DNA from: Octopus vulgaris
Taxonomy: Eukaryota
Direction of reading: 5' to 3'
Assembly (NCBI GenBank): GCA_951406725.2
Contig: OX597816.1
Span: 992,001-1,056,000, forward strand
Length of the DNA: 64,000 nt
Part shown: positions 56,184-64,000 of the stretch, one piece after another
How positions within the stretch are numbered: the first letter of the stretch is position 1
Layout of the letters: each line of letters starts with the position of its first letter
Translations under genes and position numbers: made by a program
Notes under the pieces: model-generated
What the model was told of the DNA's origin: nothing
Database searches by the model: none
Seen by the model: only the letters and a program-made list of their open reading frames with translations

Positions 56184-56306
56184 ATACATACACACACACA
56201 TACACACCACACACATACACTCACACATACACACACACATACACACCACACAAATACACACACACAAACACACCACACAAATACACACACACAAACACAC
56301 CACACA

Positions 56307-56343
<37 letters not shown>

Positions 56344-56778
56344 TATACACACACATACACAAACATACACACACACTCACACATACATACATACACACAC
56401 ATACACACACCACACAAATACACACACACACATACACACACTCACAAACACACTGCACACATACACACACATACATACATACACTCACACATACATACAC
56501 ACACACACCACACAAATACATGCACACACACACACCACATCCACACACATACATACACACAAACACACACATACATACATATACACAAACACATACACAC
56601 ACATGCACACACAAACATACACATACATACACAAACAAACATACACACACACATACACACACACACACACATGCACACACACATACATACACGCACATAC
56701 ACGCATACATACACATACACACACGCACTTACATATATATATATACACACATATATATATATACACATATACATATAT
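56184..56778. repeat. About 600-bp degenerate (CA/CATA)n microsatellite
   Basis: Interrupted CA/TA dinucleotide tract. It generates the spurious H/T- and C/V-rich ORFs. Confidence 0.95.
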
Positions 56779-57059
56779 AACAGTAATAATCATTTACAAC
56801 ACTTATGCAATGCTAAGAGACACAAACATATATGTATATACAAGGGGCTTCTTTCTGTTTCTATCTACTCACAAGACATTGGTCAACCTGGTTCTACAGA
56901 AGAAGGCACTTGTCCAAGGGACCATGGCACTGGCCTGAGCCTGAAAGCTTCTTAACCCCCACAACCATGCCTGCACCTAAGATATTCTTTATTATTGACC
57001 TTTTGTTTTGTGTGTGTAATTCCTATTTTAAAATGCTTTTCTTTCTTTCAAACTTTCAG

Positions 57060-57148
57060 ACATTGTCAATTGTGACCTGATAGCAACATTGCGTGTCTTA
57101 TATGACATCTTCACCAAGTACAAGTCCGTAGCCAGTACTTCATCTTGA
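57060..57148 (+). CDS. parvin: Parvin, last coding exon (C-terminal helix of CH2) with TGA stop
   Basis: Acceptor ttttctttctttcaaactttcag|. Translates (D)IVNCDLIATLRVLYDIFTKYKSVASTSS*, versus alpha-parvin DIVNCDLKSTLRVLYNLFTKYRNVE. Frame is compatible with the 48951-49023 exon; the intron 49024-57059 is 8036 bp, GT-AG. Confidence 0.95.
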
Positions 57149-57930
57149 AAATTCAAACCTGCCAAAGCAGAAGCCTAAAATCAAAACCTCTATGTCTCTC
57201 TACCAACGGTTGCCTTCTACTATTTATTTCCTATTTAACATCTCTTTATCTTTTAACTGACGATTACAGTCATACACATTTTATTTTGTATAAATAAATG
57301 TTTTTATGTCAAGTTATAAAAACAATTTATTAAACTGAAGGACTACTCAGTACTTTTTAGGAAAAAACATGTTTATTAAACTTTTACAAGGAAACAAAAA
57401 GCTTGACACTGACTTCAAAGTTGCCGCATGCTTTACCATTGTCAAAGGTGAGCAAACCAAAACTTTGAAGTAGTCAAGTTTTGCCTTGTAAAAGGAAAAT
57501 ATATATATACGCAGCATACACGCCACCCCATTTCATACTGTTTTCTTTCACTTTCAAATAATATTCAAATATATTTTTCGGTCTAAGTCACTATTTTATG
57601 TTCCTGAAAACAATAGCTTCAGTTAATCTACAATGTTGCATGATATTTTGGTAGAAGAATTCCTACACACAATTTTATTTGGCCTTCATTTGATTTCACA
57701 GCATAAACACTGCCTTAAATCTGCATCAACACAGCCACCCTTGCATGTGCAAAACACCCGTTCTATGTAAATAGTTACCCAGGAACTTCACACCCTTGCT
57801 GAAGGTAAACTTATTGTCTTTAAAACAAATTAAGAAGATATTAATAGAAAGTTAAAACAAATACGAAATAATTACAAAAACTATATTTTCTTTTCTATTG
57901 TAAAAATAAAATAATTTTAAATCTATTATA
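57149..57930 (+). other. Probable parvin 3' UTR with candidate poly(A) signals
   Basis: Repeat-free AT-rich stretch after the stop codon, with AATAAA at 57293-57298 and 57905-57910. SINE sequence resumes at about 57950. The real 3' end cannot be determined from sequence alone. Confidence 0.55.
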
Positions 57931-58250
57931 ATTGTTGTTGTTGTTATTATCAAAGCAGCAAACTGGCAGAATTGTTGGTGCACTGGACACGACGACTTAT
58001 GTTCTGAGTTCAAATGTCACTGAAGTCGACTTGGACTTTGCCCTTTTGGGATTGATATAATCAACTTACCCCAACTCCCTAAAATTGCTGGGGTTTTGTA
58101 CTAAAATTTGAACAAATTATTACTACTGAATGTTTTAACTTCCATAAATGACCCTTTGGTTGAGTGGAGGAGTTTAGCTCTAAATGTTTTCTCTTCTCTG
58201 AAAGACATCAGTTATTTTAATTTTTTTGTAAATAAAACAGTTAATACTTT

Positions 58251-58638
58251 TTTTTACTTTTTACTTGTTTCAGTCATTTGACTGTGGCCATGCTGGAGCA
58301 CCGCCTTTAGTCGAGCAAATCGACCCTAGGACTTTTCTTTGTAAGCCTAGTACTTATTCTATCGGGCTCTTTTGCCGAACCGTTAAGTTATGGAGATGTA
58401 AACACACCAGCATCGGTTGTCAAGCGATGTTGGGGGGACAAACACAGACACACACATATATATATATATATACATATATACGAAGGGCTTCTTTTAGTTT
58501 CCATCTACCAAATCCACTCAAGGCTTTGGTCGGCCCGAGGCTTTAGTAGACACTTGCCCAAGGTGCCACGCAGTGGGACTGAACCCGGGACCTTGTGGTT
58601 CGTAAGCAAGCTACTTACCACACAGCCACTCCTATGCC
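58251..58638 (-). mobile_element. tRNA-derived SINE family 1, well-preserved copy (many decayed copies in the window)
   Basis: A-box TGGCTGTGTGG, B-box GGTTCAGTCCC, core caccttgggcaagtgtct, internal microsatellite, tail ggcggtgctccagcatggccacagtc...gaaacaagtaaaag. CpGs are retained. Confidence 0.85.
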
Positions 58639-58670
58639 TTAGATAAAAATATCTATTTTTAACTCATTAA

Positions 58671-58895
58671 CCCATTAGCATTCAGATTTCCCTGTCAAAT
58701 GTAAAGATTATTTATTCCCATTGATTTGAGTTAGTCAAGCATTACTTTGTAGCTTTGAGATTTCAAAGATGGGATTGTTAATTTTTAGAATAATATTTTG
58801 TAGGGTAAGTGTGAGAGGCCAGATCTCCCTTGTTCAAAGGTAAAACAGGCAGACTCTTTTGGCCAGAGATTATGGCTGGTTTAAGTGCTAAAGGG
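58671..58895. mobile_element. piggyBac-type MITE, family B
   Basis: TTAA|CCCATTAGCA ... TGCTAAAGGG|TTAA. Confidence 0.8.
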
Positions 58896-58957
58896 TTAAA
58901 TTTGAAAATATTGTTCATATTTTTAAAAAAAACCTTGTTTTAAAGGATTATATATAA

Positions 58958-59342
58958 CTAGCAGTATCGCCCGGCATTGCTCGGGTTTGTAAGGGAAATA
59001 ACTATAAAGCATTTTTGGAGAGTTATAGCCAAAAAATAGCAAAAAAAATGCACTAAAAATGGAAAAAAAATGATGGTAAATTTTTTTTTAAATCGTTGAC
59101 TCATCGTAGACGTTTTTAGAGAGTTACTTCCCTTATATATGCCAAAAGTGCATTAAAAATGGGGAAAATGGATGGTAAATTATTTTTAAAATCGTAGACA
59201 CACGCTAATACCCAGAAGGGCTCGATATGAATCATGACTATAAGATACCCGGTTTTGGTTAAACTGCACTGCAAAATGTGGGAGTAGTTAGGAATCTAAA
59301 TCGTAGGAGACAGACACACAACCTCACTTTTATATATAAAGA
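58958..59342 (-). mobile_element. Complete non-autonomous Helitron
   Basis: Minus strand starts TCTTTATATATAAAAG and ends with hairpin CCCGAGCAATGCCGGG followed by CTAG. Inserted between A and T with no TSD. Has an internal duplicated subrepeat. Confidence 0.85.
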
Positions 59343-59847
59343 TGAGTTGTTAATGTATCCAACAAGTAACCAAAGAGTCATGGGTTCATATCCCATTACC
59401 AGCAGTACACTTAGTAGCCAAGGCAGAACCATTTCTGTCTTGCTGTAAACAGAACTCAAGACCCACCATGCTCAAGAAGAAGACCTATCAAGCCAAGCAA
59501 AATCACAGTCGTGGCATGTAAAATCACAGTCGTGCCATGCAAATGGCACCTGTGCTAGTGACGCGTAAAAGCATCCATTATGCTCGTGGAGCAGTTGACG
59601 TTAGGAAGGGCATCCAGCTGTAGGAAACCATGTCAAATTAGACTGAAGTCTGGTGATGCAGTGTGCCAGCCCGGTCAAACCGTCCAACCCATGCCAGCAT
59701 GGACAGTGGACGTAGAATCAAGACTGGAGATTCTCATCACTTTGCAGTGTATTTTAGAAGGAATGAATCATAAAGAGTTTCAATGAGACAAGAAGATTAC
59801 TAACAGATCAATTTGTAATAATACAATTTATAGGATTATCTCTCACA

Positions 59848-59920
<73 letters not shown>

Positions 59921-61635
59921 GTTCACAGACAACAACTTGCTTAGTTTCATTTCGTTTGTGACCCATGCATATTTAAATGGAATCCAAGAAATTAGAAAAG
60001 ACCACTTGGAAAACTTCTTCGTCGATAGGAAGACATCAATTTGGGCTTAAATGGAAGAGAAAGGCACAGCCAAAGGAAGACTGGAAAGGTATGGGGACAT
60101 CTGATTGTTTGGTTGAGAGGGACCATTGGATTTGTTTAGTTGTGATATAAGTGAAATATGGAAGAACACTGCTGGAGTCAGTCAATGTCTTTCACTGGGC
60201 CTCTTCGCCATTCTCTACTCCTCATCTTCCCTTGGAGTCATCTTGCCTAGCAAGATGCACAGTGACCTCACCAGTGCTGGTTATGGGATCCCTCATTTAC
60301 TTATCCTTTGGCTCTTTTCAAAGGCTGAAAGCATCAGTCTGAATACCTTGCAGCAGTTCTGACTCTTTATATTCTGAGTTCAAATTCTGCCAAGATCAAC
60401 TTTACCTGTCATCCTTTTGAGGTCAATAAAAGTACCAACAGAGTACTGAGGTTGAAGTAATCAACTCCCTCTCCTCAAAATTCCTGGCCTTGGGCCTCAA
60501 TCAGGAATCTTTCTTTGCTTCACTCATTGGGATGTGGCCATGCTAGAGCACCACCTTAAAAAGTTTATTCAAACAAATAACTCCTAAGACTTATTTTTAA
60601 GTCTTATATTTATTCTGTCAGTTTGTTTTGCTGAAATGCCAAGTTACAAGGATGCAAACAAACCAACACTGGTTACCTGGTGACAAACAGAAAGACACAC
60701 ACACACACACAAGATGGAGTTCCATACAGTTTCCAACTACTCCATGTGTATAGAGAGAACCTATATTTAATTTGTGTGAGGACAACACACGGTAACAGAA
60801 TCCATGTATTGATATGCTAAGGCCGAAATGCGTTACACGGTCACAAGAGGGAGAGGGAAAGAAAAAGAGGGAGAGAGAAGTGTATACGACATGAGGGCGG
60901 GGTGGGGATGTAATATTTATTACATGGTTAAAAAGTTAGCTGAAGGGATTGATATGGAGGAAGAGAGTTAGAAATACAATGTTTAGCAGAAGGTTGATGG
61001 TCGGATGGTGAGGTTAAAGAAAAGCAAAGAAGGGGAGAGAGAGAGAGAGAGAGAGAGAGTAGTGGCATTATTGGTAACCAATCCATTAAGCTGCCATGTG
61101 GTTAGTGGAAGTGAGAGGTTAAGAGAGAGAGAAAAATGATAACAACATGAAGAGGGGAATGACATGGTTGATAAATTGTTTAGCTGAGGGAAATTTTAAA
61201 CATCATGTATTAAGAAAATACCATTTTAATATTCAGTTCTATTTATCTATCTCTATTCACAAATGGACCAACAGAAAAGATAGATTTTTTCAGTGTAAAT
61301 AACTTAGTAAACTAAGTATGATGTGATTTAGAAAAAAAAATTTGTTATTCAAATTTTGTATTGACAGCGAGAAAAGTAGTAAAAAACAAACGAACTGAAG
61401 TGAAATCAAATAAGCTTGGTTGACAAACAACTTTGAGCTTTTGTTACTGAAAACTATGGTGATGATGATGGTGGTGGTGGTGGAGGTAGCAGTGGTGAGT
61501 GGATAGTGAAAAAAGCATTTGTTTCCTTTTAACTTTAATTGAACTAAATCTTCTACGTCACCTATCGCAACGCATGCACACAGGTGCAGTTATTTACTGC
61601 CGGCTTGCTTAGAAATTAATATTCATTTATACAAT

Positions 61636-61972
61636 ATGGATGACAAACAATGTAAGCGAGCAAGAGAAAGAATGAGACAGTATAAGCAACAAAAGTAAAC
61701 AGAAGCAAAGCTGGAATCACTGGAACAAGCCTGGCAGCAGCAAAGAGCAAAGAATGTCCACAACAGATGTGAGTTGAAGGAAGAATATAAAGTGAAAACG
61801 AGAGAGAACATCAATAAAGCTGTAAACATATGGTTGAAAGTTTACAACAGTGGTGACACAAATATTCTCTATAACCATTACGAAGCTCTTAGATACATAA
61901 ATGAATCTCTGAACTGCTGAAAGAATGGGAAAGTCGCGCTCCTTCAATTACAGCCCCTATCCAGAAGAATAG
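61636..61972 (+). pseudogene. Decayed Helitron RepHel N-terminal fragment
   Basis: A charged R/E/Q-rich stretch precedes GDTNILYNHYEALRYINESLNC*KNGKVALLQLQP. This resembles the Helitron C-x2-C...E...CC-x2-GKV-x-LP motif with cysteines lost. In-frame stops are present. Confidence 0.6.
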
Positions 61973-62782
61973 AAAGGTGTTTCTAATTGAAAACAATGCA
62001 GGAATTTCCACAGGAGTTGCTAGTCTAATAATAATGATTTAGCCCAAAATCCTCTCCTATCACCCTCCCTATGTAAGTAAAAAACACACACTGTCTCTAA
62101 AAGTAACCACTTGAATGAAGTAAAGAACTAACTTGCTTGTTACTTCAACCACTGACTCTGAAGATGTGATCCAGTGTTGAGATTGAGTAAGTCGTTTATT
62201 GACAGATAATTTTGTTCAGTGGGGAGCTGAGACACAGTTGCTCAAATTGCTGGAAATAACAAATCTCTCATAGATCACGCCTTCTTACCATCTGGAACCA
62301 AGGCTATATTGAACAAACTGAACAGTCGTGATGATCTCAGCAGTCTTTAAACACTGACCAGAATGCCTTCCATCAAGTTTTTGTTTGACAACTGATCAAA
62401 GAATATACAACAATAAGGCTTGAGCCAGCAAGAGAAGGCCTGTGCAGGGCTGCTAGATATAACAGCCAAATTTCTCTCAAATTACACCCTACCATCTTCA
62501 ATTATGAAAAGATATATCAAACCTTTCACCATATATCACCATATATGGAGAGTGTATGGATATCAACATTGTTTCATGCCCACTTTTCCATACTTGCATG
62601 GAAAGGACAGAATTTGTTGATGTAGATTTTCTACATGAGGATGCCTTTCCTGTTGTCAATCCTTACCAGTTTCCAAGGAAGGTAATATTTTCCCATGGCC
62701 AGGAATGTTCTTGTAGAATATTGGAAATGAATGGCACTGCTTACAAGATGGCAAGACAAGGAGATACACATACACTCACTCA

Positions 62783-63260
<478 letters not shown>

Positions 63261-64000
63261 CGTGTGTGTGTGTATTAGCAATTCGTATAAAATTGCATCA
63301 ATGACTTGAACTTGAATAAGTGGTTTCACATAAATGGGGATAAATTAAAAAGGTTTGTTGTTATTATTATTACTGTTTGACTATTGTAATCATGTTTGTT
63401 GGTTCCTTGTCTAGGAAACGTTGTTGTGTTGCACTTGTTAAATAATTGTAAACCGTAACCCTCCCCCTTTCGGAGAAGGGGCTTTGGTTATTGTTTAAAA
63501 ATTGAATTGTGTCTCTGTTTGGGGAAATTGACAATATTTTCACTGTCTTTACGGAAGCATTTTTGTTAGAATGCCTTTGATAGAAGAAAGTCCAAAAATG
63601 AATTTCACTGCAGCCGTACACTTCTATACAAGAGGGAGGACAAGATCCAATTGATTGAAATTGCAAGAGACAGGCCTGCAATTCCAGTTTGTTATATATT
63701 TTGAGTATTGTTATCACTAGCGATATCAAGATATAACTTTGTATTTTGTATTTTATGTGTAGATGTATATATATAGATGTACATGTAATATGTATACATA
63801 TATATATACACATATATACATGCATAATATATCAACCCATACACACATACGCACACACACACACACACACATACATAGGGGCAGGTGTGGCTGTATGGTA
63901 ACAAACTACGTTCCAAACACATGGTCCTGGGTTCAATCCCACTGTGTCATGACTTGGCATGTGTCTTCTGCTGTAGCCTCAGACCAACAAAAGCCTTCTC

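Noticed and set aside
56153-56938. 261-aa His/Thr-rich ORF and antisense Cys/Val-rich ORFs
   Set aside because: These are translations of the (CA)n/(TG)n microsatellite, which lacks stop codons.
58560-58638. tRNA-like A/B boxes
   Set aside because: This is a SINE head continuous with the SINE body, with no complete cloverleaf.

Overview
AT-rich, microsatellite-dense eukaryotic DNA. The repeat content (tRNA-derived SINEs, RTE LINE tails ending in (GAT)n, abundant (CA)/(TA)/(GA) runs) suggests an octopus/coleoid cephalopod; this is an inference. The only host gene I can support is the 3' end of a parvin gene on the + strand: a 73-nt exon at 48951-49023 and the last coding exon at 57060-57148. 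I found no earlier parvin exon by eye, so 1-48950 appears to be one intron of at least 49 kb. The rest is mostly transposon debris: two decayed D,D34D mariners, Tc1 fragments, a 5'-truncated RTE LINE with a PHD-type finger inside its RT region, Helitron pieces, hAT/piggyBac/pogo MITEs and many SINEs. The main unannotated signal is a set of several distinct non-coding elements that carry type I hammerhead ribozyme motifs, as in Penelope-like pLTRs or retrozymes. Most sit in or next to (TA)n microsatellites and several form head-to-head foldback palindromes. The best-preserved ribozyme cores are all antisense to the parvin transcript. Almost all ORFs in the supplied track are microsatellite or repeat artefacts.
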